From positions 9,223 to 73,222 of the IMG/VR virus record IMGVR_UViG_3300037423_000480: a stretch of 64,000 nucleotides of DNA; one strand, given 5' to 3'. The DNA is from a virus. Position 1 is the stretch's first letter. The number at the start of each line of letters is the position of its first letter. Below, in pieces: positions 25,481 through 33,673 of this stretch. Position numbers and translations under genes: made by a program. The notes beneath the pieces are model-generated. The model searched no databases and was not told the origin of the DNA. It was given only the letters and a program-made list of their open reading frames with translations.

Positions 25481-25585
25481 TCAGAAGCCCTTGCGATACG
25501 CACGCACCGCGCGCTTGATGGCCCGGCGCCGACCGAAACCCGCGCGGCAGCCGTGCTTGTACTGTTGAATGAGGAAGCGCAGCAT
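25481..25585 (-). CDS. Small basic protein (34 aa)
   Basis: MLRFLIQQYKHGCRAGFGRRRAIKRAVRAYRKGF; fills operon gap. Confidence 0.45.
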   Translation of the reverse strand: MLRFLIQQYKHGCRAGFGRRRAIKRAVRAYRKGF

Positions 25586-25587
25586 GC

Positions 25588-25869
25588 TCACCACCCCGAG
25601 ATCCGATTGCGCTGCTCCTGCAGTCGCACCTGGTGCTCGCGCTGCTCGCGGATCAGCCGAACTGCGTCCTGGCGCAGCACTTCGAGCCGCGACACCTCGT
25701 GCTCGCTCTCCTGGTACCGGCACGCGTTGATCCACAGGAGCGCGCGCTTCGTGGTCTGGCGGATGGCCCGCCGCGCTTGACGCACCGCCAGCGGAATCGA
25801 CGCCAGCAGGTCCAGCGCGGACAGCATCAGGATCAGCGCCCGCAGCGCTGCGTAGTCGGCGCGCTTCAT
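25588..25869 (-). CDS. Hypothetical protein (93 aa)
   Basis: ATGA overlap with upstream small ORF. Confidence 0.55.
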   Translation of the reverse strand: MKRADYAALRALILMLSALDLLASIPLAVRQARRAIRQTTKRALLWINACRYQESEHEVSRLEVLRQDAVRLIREQREHQVRLQEQRNRISGW

Positions 25870-25955
25870 TGCGACACCGCCAATGCGAACATCGCGACGC
25901 AGCCAACGAAAGCCAGCACGATCAGGTAGCCGAGGCCGTCGCGTGGGGCGCTCAC
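25866..25955 (-). CDS. Small membrane peptide (29 aa)
   Basis: GTG start overlapping upstream stop; MSAPRDGLGYLIVLAFVGCVAMFALAVSQ. Confidence 0.5.
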   Translation of the reverse strand: MSAPRDGLGYLIVLAFVGCVAMFALAVSQ

Positions 25956-26245
25956 GATGCGCCCCCCGACTGGAGCGATGCGAGGACGCCGAGCAGCGAG
26001 TCGGCCAGCTTTGCGTCGCCTTCGTGGCCACGGCTCGCGACCGCCTTCGCAGCGGCGCGGATGATGGTTTCGTGCCTGTCACTCAGCGGCTTGCGTACCT
26101 CGCGCACCGCCTTCTCCGCATCCGTCCGCAGCACCAGCTCGCGGGTCTGGTAGCTCAGTGCGATGTACGTGGCGACGCAGTGGTCCGGCAGCGCCATCCA
26201 CGTGCCGCCTTCGCCCGGCCTGCCCTGGTACAGAATCGTTTGCAT
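25952..26245 (-). CDS. Hypothetical protein (97 aa)
   Basis: GGGAG RBS. Confidence 0.6.
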   Translation of the reverse strand: MQTILYQGRPGEGGTWMALPDHCVATYIALSYQTRELVLRTDAEKAVREVRKPLSDRHETIIRAAAKAVASRGHEGDAKLADSLLGVLASLQSGGAS

Positions 26246-26263
26246 CGTTGCTCCCTGTTGTGG

Positions 26264-26623
26264 TTATTCGTCGAGCGCCCGCGCCACCTCGGCCCGTGCG
26301 ATCCGGTTCTCGTTCTTCGATTCGGTGTGCTGCTTCTCCAGCTGCTCGACCTCGCGCAGCGCCTCGATCTCGGCGCCAGCCAGCAGAGCGTTGCTGACCA
26401 TGGCGGCGAGCTTCGCGCCGGCTTCGGCCGGGTTCATCGCGGCGATCACCACGAGCTGGTTCAGAACGTCGTCGGTCAGGTCGACCGCAACGCGGCCAGC
26501 CACGTCGAGGATGGTCTTGCCGTCGCAGGACAGCAGTTGGGCGCGCAGGGTCTGCTGGTGCTTCTCGGTCAGGTCAGCCACCAGGGCGTCGCGCTCTTCG
26601 TCAAGGGACAGGTCTCGGGGCAT
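26264..26623 (-). CDS. First gene of PL operon, acidic hypothetical protein (119 aa)
   Basis: GGAG RBS, directly downstream of PL. Confidence 0.68.
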   Translation of the reverse strand: MPRDLSLDEERDALVADLTEKHQQTLRAQLLSCDGKTILDVAGRVAVDLTDDVLNQLVVIAAMNPAEAGAKLAAMVSNALLAGAEIEALREVEQLEKQHTESKNENRIARAEVARALDE

Positions 26624-26671
26624 GTCGGTCTCCAGTTCGTCGGCTCGGCTGAGCTCGGTTCGTTGGAGACA

Positions 26672-26722
26672 ACTTTAGCGCACTAAACTAAAGATCGCAA
26701 GGAAAATTTTTAGCGCACTAAA
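26672..26722 (-). promoter_or_regulatory. PL promoter with two OL operators
   Basis: TTGCGA-N17-TAAAGT on - strand (26700-26672); identical palindromes TTTAGCGCACTAAA at 26674 and 26709. Confidence 0.85.
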
Positions 26723-26762
26723 GATTTTGAGCGGGCGCAGGCTGCGCTGCTCGTCAGGACGC

Positions 26763-26787
26763 AAAAAAGCCCGCTCATGGCGGGCTT
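26763..26787 (-). terminator. Terminator of the cI operon
   Basis: AAGCCCGC-catga-GCGGGCTT + TTTT on - strand. Confidence 0.75.
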
Positions 26788-26808
26788 GCTACGGGTGAGG
26801 GGTGGAGT

Positions 26809-27090
26809 TTACTCGGAGAACGAATGTATGCTCGCCGCTTCCGCCTTAATGGTGAGATCTGCCAACTGGCTTTCAAGCTGGTTAGCTAAAGCAGACACGC
26901 GGACCAGTTCGGCATCTGCGAGTTCGAACGACGACGTAAGTAAATCGAGTTTGTATTGCAATATCCAAATGTATGAAAAAGCAGAACCGATTACAAAGCT
27001 AAGTGCCCAAGAGGATTGCGACATCTCATGTACGAGAATAGTAGCGATGGTCCAAACGATGGCGGCTATAGCCTTGTCTCTAAAAGTCAT
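26809..27090 (-). CDS. Small 2-TM membrane protein co-transcribed with cI (93 aa)
   Basis: AGGA RBS before ATG 27090; two hydrophobic helices + coiled coil; AT-rich. Confidence 0.68.
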   Translation of the reverse strand: MTFRDKAIAAIVWTIATILVHEMSQSSWALSFVIGSAFSYIWILQYKLDLLTSSFELADAELVRVSALANQLESQLADLTIKAEAASIHSFSE

Positions 27091-27097
27091 ATATGTC

Positions 27098-27373
27098 CTA
27101 AAACGGAACTTCTGGCTCAGCAAATTCCATCTCGTTCCAATCTATGTCATCAGTAGCGAGAAGTGCAAATAAATACGGGACAGCGTCGAACTCAGCTATT
27201 GCCTTCGCGTTGTTCCAGGCTGCGTCGTCGCGTGCGACAAGCATAACCGGCAGCTTGAATCTCGCCTGCAATTCCACGATAAGCGGTGCTGCCAGGTGCC
27301 AGCTAAGCTGTCGGCGCTCCACAAGTACTACCGCGACGCGCACACCGCGCAAGCGTTGAATCGAGTAAATCAA
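27098..27373 (-). CDS. Hypothetical protein co-transcribed with cI (91 aa)
   Basis: TTG start overlapping the cI stop. Confidence 0.62.
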   Translation of the reverse strand: MIYSIQRLRGVRVAVVLVERRQLSWHLAAPLIVELQARFKLPVMLVARDDAAWNNAKAIAEFDAVPYLFALLATDDIDWNEMEFAEPEVPF

Positions 27374-28065
27374 AACCGTTCTGTTTCCTTCCGCACGATG
27401 CGGCCAATAATCTTCGAAGTGTCGCCTTCAAACGTCACAGGGTAATACTGGCGCTGGTCCGCATTGTCCGAAACGAGCCACCACCTACCCATATCGCGTT
27501 TCAGCCGCTTGATGGCCGGCTCACCTTCGTAATTTACTGCAAACACGGAACCTGCCACTGGCTGTGTATCCGCAGTATTAATCACCACCAGGTCACCTTC
27601 GTAGAACGTCGGTTCCATGCTCTCGCCGCGCACCGTGATCGCAATCAAGTCATCACGGCGATAGCCACGGCGCTCGATCCAGTCCGTTGGCACGGTTGTC
27701 GTCGATCCATCGAATGCCTCAGGCTCGACTTCGAAGCCACTCAGGCCCGCTGTCAGGCGCAGCTTCACTTTAGGGATGATTGTCAGGCGCGGATCGTCAT
27801 CATCAACCGCAATCACGCGCCGAAATCCAGCTGGAACCCCAGACTCTTCAGCCCGGTACTTGGGAAGCCGGCCGTCGGTAATCCAGTCCAAGTTGAACTG
27901 GGTACGAGAGAAAGCGCGAAGCGGCTTTGGCCCGAGCTTCGTTCGGCCAGAGAACCACTGCGACACCAGGCCTTCGCTGACGCCACAAAAGTCGGCTAGG
28001 TCTTTGGGCTTCTCCAGACCCAGTTCTTTCATGACTTCTGTCAGGCGATCGGCGAGTGTGTTCAT
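27370..28065 (-). CDS. cI: CI-like repressor (HTH + S24 autopeptidase)
   Basis: N-terminal HTH, 'VRGESMEP' Ser motif, 'IKRL' Lys motif; start assigned to MNTLADRL. Confidence 0.93.
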   Translation of the reverse strand: MNTLADRLTEVMKELGLEKPKDLADFCGVSEGLVSQWFSGRTKLGPKPLRAFSRTQFNLDWITDGRLPKYRAEESGVPAGFRRVIAVDDDDPRLTIIPKVKLRLTAGLSGFEVEPEAFDGSTTTVPTDWIERRGYRRDDLIAITVRGESMEPTFYEGDLVVINTADTQPVAGSVFAVNYEGEPAIKRLKRDMGRWWLVSDNADQRQYYPVTFEGDTSKIIGRIVRKETERF

Positions 28066-28066
28066 T

Positions 28067-28129
28067 TTTAGCACTCTAAACATTTTTTGCTTTAGTGTGC
28101 TTGCGTAAATTTCTTTAGTAGACTAAAGT
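28067..28129. promoter_or_regulatory. OR region with PRM and PR
   Basis: Operators TTTAGCACTCTAAA (28067), degenerate TTTAGTGTGCTTGC (28091), TTTAGTAGACTAAA (28114); PR TTGCGT-N17-TAAAGT (28101-28129); PRM -10 TAGAGT (28078-28073). Confidence 0.85.
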
Positions 28130-28136
28130 TCCACGC

Positions 28137-28331
28137 ATGGACGCTAAAAAAATCATCGACCGCCTTGGGGGCACCACGAAGACCGCTGAGCTGTGCCAGG
28201 TCACGCCAGGTGCTGTATCGCAGTGGCTCCACGCAGGCATACCTGCCCCGCGTCTCATGTACCTGAGACTCGCGCGGCCGGATGTGTTCGAGGATTCGGA
28301 GCCTACGACAGAGCGCCCTACTCCGACTTGA
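28137..28331 (+). CDS. cro: Cro-like repressor
   Basis: 'IIDRLGGTTKTAELCQVTPGAVSQW...GIP' HTH; divergent from cI. Confidence 0.88.
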   Translation: MDAKKIIDRLGGTTKTAELCQVTPGAVSQWLHAGIPAPRLMYLRLARPDVFEDSEPTTERPTPT

Positions 28332-28475
28332 CGCGAAGCCGAGCGTCTACACGGCGCGGCATTCGCGCGCCCAAACAATTACAACAAGGAAATTTCCACG
28401 ATGGATCGCGGCCCGATCAGAAAGCAAGAAGCCTCGCACCCGGACTACTTGCCGCTGCCAACGTGCATCGCCCAA

Positions 28476-28991
28476 TCACCAGTCGCGCCAAGGCGAAGCG
28501 ACAGGCGCAACGACGGGTTGCGGCTTGTGGCGTTCCAAGAAATTCGTGTCGCATTGGGGGCAACGATGAAAAACCGCGCCGTAGTTTTCGCTGCGCTGGA
28601 GGATCGACTTCTTGCCGTCGTTGCGGCACGGGGCACAGAGGTAATGCATCGGTTCGGTGCTCTCCACGCCTGGACGGCGCGCGTACACAAACACGCCCGG
28701 GGAAAGCTCGTGCAGCGCGTAGTTTTCCAGATCGGCCTTCTCTGCTTTGACGCGTCGCAGTTCTTCTTCGAGGTCTCGTTTTTCGCGCAAAGCCGCCTGA
28801 TGCTCCGCCGCGCGATCCGCGTGGGCGATGAGAAGGGCGCTGATCTTGCTGTGCGCTTCATTGATCTCGGCAAGCAGCTCGTTCGTTGCAGCAAGGCGCT
28901 GCGCCTCATCGCGCAACCCAACAAAGCTTTTTGCCAAGGTGACGGCGGCACTCAAGCTGCTGGTCGCCTGAGAGAAAAGCGATAAGTCCAT
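28476..28991 (-). CDS. Counter-oriented coiled-coil + Zn-ribbon protein (moron)
   Basis: 171 aa; 'YLCAPC...KKSILQ...CPQC'; AAGGA RBS; extended -10 TGcTAGATT at 29040-29032. Confidence 0.75.
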   Translation of the reverse strand: MDLSLFSQATSSLSAAVTLAKSFVGLRDEAQRLAATNELLAEINEAHSKISALLIAHADRAAEHQAALREKRDLEEELRRVKAEKADLENYALHELSPGVFVYARRPGVESTEPMHYLCAPCRNDGKKSILQRSENYGAVFHRCPQCDTNFLERHKPQPVVAPVASPWRDW

Positions 28992-29091
28992 GGGTGATTC
29001 CTTTCGTGAAAGTTGTTTGTGTGGAAACAGCAATCTAGCACGACTGGAATCGCCCACCCCATTTCAAGAAGTTAATAACGAGGAACCAAAA

Positions 29092-29292
29092 TTGGATGAT
29101 CCGATTATTTCGCGCGACCTGATCCGCGAGAAAGCCTGCCGTGCATTCGCGCGCGGCGCCGGCCGTGACGACCACGGCTTCAACTGGCACTGCAAGGATG
29201 CGATCGAGACCTGGCAGCACGAGTGGGACCGGCAGAACGCCGAGAGGACCCTTGCCCGCGTGCGCGGAAATCAGCAGCTGGAGGCTGCATGA
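29092..29292 (+). CDS. Hypothetical protein (66 aa)
   Basis: TTG start with GAGG RBS. Confidence 0.55.
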   Translation: MDDPIISRDLIREKACRAFARGAGRDDHGFNWHCKDAIETWQHEWDRQNAERTLARVRGNQQLEAA

Positions 29293-29579
29293 ACGCGCCC
29301 GAGAACATCTGCCCGGACGCACGCGGCGACAGCGCCCGTGCCCGCCTGGTCGCTTTGTGGATCAGGGCCGCGGAGCATCCGACCGACTGCCTGTGCGTTT
29401 CTTGCGCGCCGATTTCGACGCCCACACGCTCCCCCATCGTCAACGATGCGCTCGCTGGTGCCCACGGTGTTGATGTAGCTCAAGGCGTCGCGTTGTTGAT
29501 GAGCCTCAAACCGTATGGGCAGAGGGTGGCGATCAGCCACCTGAAGGCGCTCAACGGCCTGCAGGGGCATCTGGGATGA
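29289..29579 (+). CDS. Hypothetical protein (96 aa)
   Basis: ATGA overlaps at both ends. Confidence 0.55.
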   Translation: MNAPENICPDARGDSARARLVALWIRAAEHPTDCLCVSCAPISTPTRSPIVNDALAGAHGVDVAQGVALLMSLKPYGQRVAISHLKALNGLQGHLG

Positions 29580-30439
29580 ATACGCCGACTCGCCCGGTGC
29601 TGCGCTACCACGGCGGCAAGTTCCGCCTGGCGCCGTGGATCCTGTCGTTCTTTCCGGAGCACTCCGTGTACGTTGAACCGTTTGGCGGCGCGGCCTCAGT
29701 GCTGCTGCAGAAGAAGCCTGTCGGCGCCGAGTGCTACAACGACTTGGACCGCCAGGTCGTGAACCTCTTCAGAATCCTGCGCGATACCGATCGCGCACTC
29801 GAGCTGCAGCGCCGCGTCGCGCTGACGCCCTTTGCTCGAGACGAGTTCGACTGGGCCTACGAGCCGGCTGCCGACGACATGGATGCAGCGCACAAGCTGA
29901 TCATCAAGTCGTTCATGGGCCATGGCAGCGACTCGGCCACGCGAAGCTGCCGCACTGGTTTCCGCTCGAAGCTGACCGATGGTCGAGTACTCCCGTCCGT
30001 TGAGTTTTCCAGCTGGCCCGACGCCATTCCGACCTTCACGCGCAGATTGCGCACCGTCGTGATCGAGAACCGTGACGCGATCGAGGTCATTCAGCGTATG
30101 GACTCGGCCAAAACACTGTTCTATGTGGATCCGCCCTACTGCCATAGCTCGAGGTCGTCTATCCAGGGGCGATCGAGCAGCACGCACGGGTATCGGCACG
30201 AACTCACGGACGATGATCACCGCCGGCTGGCCGGAGTACTCCGCGGCGTCGAGGGCATGGTTGTGCTGTCCGGGTACCCGACCAAGCTTTACGACGAAGA
30301 ACTGTTTTCTGACTGGGCGCGATACGAACGCCGGGCAGTAGCTGATGGCGCCCGGATCCGCACCGAAGTGGTCTGGATCAATGCCGCCTGCGCGGCCGCA
30401 ATCGAGCAGCAGAGCGCACAACAAAGGATGTTCGGATGA
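29576..30439 (+). CDS. DNA adenine methyltransferase (Dam/D12-type)
   Basis: 'RYHGGK', 'YVEPFGGAASV', 'YND', 'YVDPPY'. Confidence 0.92.
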   Translation: MNTPTRPVLRYHGGKFRLAPWILSFFPEHSVYVEPFGGAASVLLQKKPVGAECYNDLDRQVVNLFRILRDTDRALELQRRVALTPFARDEFDWAYEPAADDMDAAHKLIIKSFMGHGSDSATRSCRTGFRSKLTDGRVLPSVEFSSWPDAIPTFTRRLRTVVIENRDAIEVIQRMDSAKTLFYVDPPYCHSSRSSIQGRSSSTHGYRHELTDDDHRRLAGVLRGVEGMVVLSGYPTKLYDEELFSDWARYERRAVADGARIRTEVVWINAACAAAIEQQSAQQRMFG

Positions 30440-31614
30440 ACGCCCCCGACCCCAATACCCTGCCAGCTCCGCTCACCGCGGCCGACAGTGACCTCCGCGA
30501 CTTCATCTTCATGCCGCTCGACGTGGTGCGCCTGCGTGACAGCGACATCGCTGCGATATCGAGCGGTGACGAATTCCGGTGCGCCGTGCTGCTGTGGTGC
30601 GCGTCATGGCACCAGGTACCCGCTGCGAGCCTTCCCGACGACGACCTGGTGCTGGCCCAGTACGCCGGCTTCGGGCGCGTGGTCAAGGAATGGAAAAAGG
30701 TGCGCGATGGCGCGCTGCGCGGTTGGGTGAAGTGCGCAGACGGTCGCCTGTATCACCCCGTCGTCGCGGAAAAGGCGAACGAAGCCTGGGCCGGCCGCGT
30801 CGCGCACCGCGAGAAGAAGGAAGCCGAGCGTGTGCGCAAGGCAGCGGAGCGCGCAGCGAAGAAGGCGCAGGAAGAAGCGGCCCAACGCGCTGCGGAAGAA
30901 GCCTTGAATCGAGGCGGAAATGATCAGGACAACAAGGATTTGTCCGGCGGACAAACTGGAAATGTCCAGCGGACAGACCCCGGAAATCCGGCGGAAAACG
31001 CTCTGAGAGGGAAAGAGAGAGGGACAGGGACAGTGGAGAGGGACAGTGGACAGGGACAGTTAACTACAAACCCGGACCACCACCACCACCACCATGCAAG
31101 CAGTATTGACGCCCCGGTTGCTGGCGATCTGGCTGACTGCGGCCCGGACGACTTCGACGCTCCCCTGTATGGCGCTCCGCTGCCACCCCGCGAAGAGCCG
31201 CCCCCGCCAGAAGGCGACAACCAGCCTGCGATCGCGCTGACGGTCGACTTGCGCAAGTGGGGCGTGAACGCGACCTTCACGCATCCGACGGTGCAGGACT
31301 GGGCGAGCCGGGACATCCCCCGCGACATCCTGGCTGCCGCAGTGGCTGAGGCGCGCGAGGTGAAGGGCGAAGCGAAGATCGCGCCGAACTACCTGGTACC
31401 GATCGTAGAGCGGCTGCTTAACCCGCCGGCGAAGACCGAGGCAGCACCGCAGAAGCAGCGCGAGGACTACACCTGGGCAGCCAGCAACCAAGGCATCGAC
31501 GCGAAGGCTCGCGAACTGAAAATCCGCGTGCTGCCCTCGCACACCTATGCCGACGTGAAGCAGATGTGCTTCGACAAAATCCGCGAATTGAAGGCGAAAG
31601 GACCACAGCAATGA
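30436..31614 (+). CDS. Replication initiator (DUF1376/YdaU-like)
   Basis: 'LPAPLT...DLRDFIFMPLDV.RL.DS', 'W.K..DGRLYHPVVAE'; internal iterons and purine tract. Confidence 0.82.
   Translation: MNAPDPNTLPAPLTAADSDLRDFIFMPLDVVRLRDSDIAAISSGDEFRCAVLLWCASWHQVPAASLPDDDLVLAQYAGFGRVVKEWKKVRDGALRGWVKCADGRLYHPVVAEKANEAWAGRVAHREKKEAERVRKAAERAAKKAQEEAAQRAAEEALNRGGNDQDNKDLSGGQTGNVQRTDPGNPAENALRGKERGTGTVERDSGQGQLTTNPDHHHHHHASSIDAPVAGDLADCGPDDFDAPLYGAPLPPREEPPPPEGDNQPAIALTVDLRKWGVNATFTHPTVQDWASRDIPRDILAAAVAEAREVKGEAKIAPNYLVPIVERLLNPPAKTEAAPQKQREDYTWAASNQGIDAKARELKIRVLPSHTYADVKQMCFDKIRELKAKGPQQ
30941..31060. promoter_or_regulatory. Putative replication origin inside the initiator gene
   Basis: TGTCC-N3-GGACA palindromes at 30941 and 30963, degenerate third copy at 30985 (22-bp period), then strand-biased purine tract with five GGACAG. 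Confidence 0.6.
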
Positions 31615-32072
31615 GCCACACTCACGACGACCGCGTAGCCGAGCGCCCTGCTCACCTGTGCTCTGCCTACGGCTGCCCGCTGATGGGCACGATGACCAGC
31701 TCGACCAGCGGCGCCAACGACTGGGCATGCGCCCTTCACGCAAACAAGCCGGCCGGCCAACTGCAGCCACTCACCGCGGCGATCCGCCGCTTCGACTGGC
31801 TGGCCAACGCGATCACGGACATCCGCAGCATGGTTCCCGGTAGAGCGGGAACGGCCGAGCTGCTCGAACGCATCCGCCACGACTTCGACCGCCAGGGCCG
31901 CCCCGAGCTGTACTGGGCCGGCAAGCCGGAGACCGTGCGGCAGTGGGTCAACCGCCTGGAGCCCGTGCTCGAGCAGATGGTGCTGGCCGAGGTGAAGCTG
32001 CCTGCCACCGAGAGGCAGCTGCCGACCGATACCTGGCAATCAGCCGCGGCGCACATGCCGCACTGGGCCTGA
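31611..32072 (+). CDS. Hypothetical protein downstream of the initiator (Cys/His motif)
   Basis: ATGA overlap; 'C.AYGCP...WAC..H'. Confidence 0.62.
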   Translation: MSHTHDDRVAERPAHLCSAYGCPLMGTMTSSTSGANDWACALHANKPAGQLQPLTAAIRRFDWLANAITDIRSMVPGRAGTAELLERIRHDFDRQGRPELYWAGKPETVRQWVNRLEPVLEQMVLAEVKLPATERQLPTDTWQSAAAHMPHWA

Positions 32073-32280
32073 TTGCCGAAACAACCCCATAGAGACCGAG
32101 ACCAATTCGCGCGCGAGCGCCAACGACCAACCCCTGCAGGCGGCGCGGGGCCGGCGCAAGCCGGGATGGATAGACCGGAAGCTGCGGTGCCGTTCAGCGA
32201 ACCAATGGGAGCCTTCGAGGCTATCCCGAGTGCCAGGGACCATGAAGGCGCACTACTGACCAACAACGAAGGGAGAACCC

Positions 32281-32706
32281 ATGAACGACCAAGCAATCGA
32301 GCAGGAAATCAAGGCCAAGGGCCTAACCGCGCCGCGCGTGACGCCGGCGGACATCGAAGCGAACATCGCCAGCGAGCACTACTTCACGGCGCAGGAAGGT
32401 TTCTGGGGCGCGCATCCCGGATTCGAGCCGACCCCGGCGCCGCATCCTGCGCTAGCGTTGCTGACCTTCTGCGTGCTGGTCCTGCAAAACGGCTTCACCG
32501 TCACCGGCGAGAGCGCATGCGCCAGTCCCGAAAACTTCGACGCCGAGATCGGCCGCAAGGTCGCGCGCCAGAACGCCGTGCAGAAGATCTGGCCGCTGAT
32601 GGGCTACGCGCTGAAGCAGGAACTGCATGCTGCTGCCCAGCTGGACGACGATCGACCTGACCCGGGCCCGCTGGCCGACGACAGCGTCGACTACGACAAG
32701 CCGTAA
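32281..32706 (+). CDS. N4 gp49/Sf6 gp66 family protein
   Basis: 'APRVTPADIE', 'TFCVLVLQNGFTVTGESACASPENFDAEIGRK'. Confidence 0.85.
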   Translation: MNDQAIEQEIKAKGLTAPRVTPADIEANIASEHYFTAQEGFWGAHPGFEPTPAPHPALALLTFCVLVLQNGFTVTGESACASPENFDAEIGRKVARQNAVQKIWPLMGYALKQELHAAAQLDDDRPDPGPLADDSVDYDKP

Positions 32707-32768
32707 TCGCACCCACCACGCGCCCGGTTCGCCGGGCGACAACAACAACGACAAGGGAGAACCGAAAG

Positions 32769-33515
32769 ATGAACGATCAAGCCATCCTCGAGCAGATCGC
32801 GCTCAACCCGAAATGCCGCGCCGTGCAGCTGGCCGACCGGCTCGACCTGGAGCTGGTCGACGTGCAGGCGACGCTGGTGGCGCTAGCAGCGGCAGGCGAC
32901 GTGACCGTCAGCGAAGGCCAGGCGCCGAACCACCAGCCGTGCAAGGAATACGACCTGTCCGAGAAGTTCAGGGCGTCCGAGCGGTACGAGCAACTGGCCG
33001 CCAAGGTCGAGATCATGGCATTCCGCGAGCGGCACCGGACCCTCGGCACTGCGGCACTGGCGATCGCGTTCATCGAGAATCGCGGCAGCGCCACGTCGAC
33101 GGAGCTGAGTGTGCTGCTGGGGCTTGGGGCAGACCAGTATCCGTCCGTGGAACTGCGCAGCTCGGTGCAGGGTGAGCGCCTGGCGTGCAACGGCAGGGTC
33201 TGGACGCTTGGGCCGAAAGCGTTCCCGGAAAAGCGGGAACCTGTAGCGAAGCCAGACTCGCTGGAATCTGGCGCGGAGCTGGGTCGCGTCGAGAAGCCGA
33301 CCGAGGCGTCGAAGTTCGCTGAGCAGAACGCTGGCCAGCCGTTACGCAACCCCCGCCAGGCGCTGCGCGAGCCGGTGCCGGTCGCTGTGCCGCAATGGCG
33401 CTTCGCCGTCTGGTCCGATGGCCAAGTCGAGATCCAGCGCAACGGCGAGAAGGTGCTGTCGCTGCCGCGCGATGTGGCGAACGAGTTTGCCGGCTTCATG
33501 CGAGGTGCGGCATGA
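32769..33515 (+). CDS. Putative wHTH DNA-binding protein
   Basis: 'AVQLADRLDLELVDVQATL' HTH-like; RBS. Confidence 0.55.
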   Translation: MNDQAILEQIALNPKCRAVQLADRLDLELVDVQATLVALAAAGDVTVSEGQAPNHQPCKEYDLSEKFRASERYEQLAAKVEIMAFRERHRTLGTAALAIAFIENRGSATSTELSVLLGLGADQYPSVELRSSVQGERLACNGRVWTLGPKAFPEKREPVAKPDSLESGAELGRVEKPTEASKFAEQNAGQPLRNPRQALREPVPVAVPQWRFAVWSDGQVEIQRNGEKVLSLPRDVANEFAGFMRGAA

Positions 33516-33673
33516 AGCCGCGCATCGTCGAGTCGCGCAACAAGCGCGAGGGGCGCTACGCCGGACGGTCGCGGTACTACCCTCGGGCAGGCGAGATTGG
33601 CCGACCACACCACTGCCGTGCTGGAAGCGGTGCCGTTCGCCGTACCAGCCTGCGTGAATGGAGGCGCGCATGA
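33512..33673 (+). CDS. Small basic protein (53 aa)
   Basis: ATGA overlaps at both ends. Confidence 0.4.
   Translation: MKPRIVESRNKREGRYAGRSRYYPRAGEIGRPHHCRAGSGAVRRTSLREWRRA

Noticed and set aside
26628-26670. GTCTCCA/TGGAGAC stem that could hide the RBS of the first PL gene
   Set aside because: The predicted PL start (~26665) falls inside the distal arm, so the stem would mostly not be transcribed.
26777-27172. 131-aa + strand ORF antisense to the cI-operon membrane gene
   Set aside because: Its start lies inside a terminator with no RBS; the minus-strand gene has the RBS and operon context.
32073-32660. 195-aa ORF upstream of and overlapping the gp49-family gene
   Set aside because: TTG start without RBS, low-complexity off-frame composition, and it overlaps a well-supported gene in another frame.
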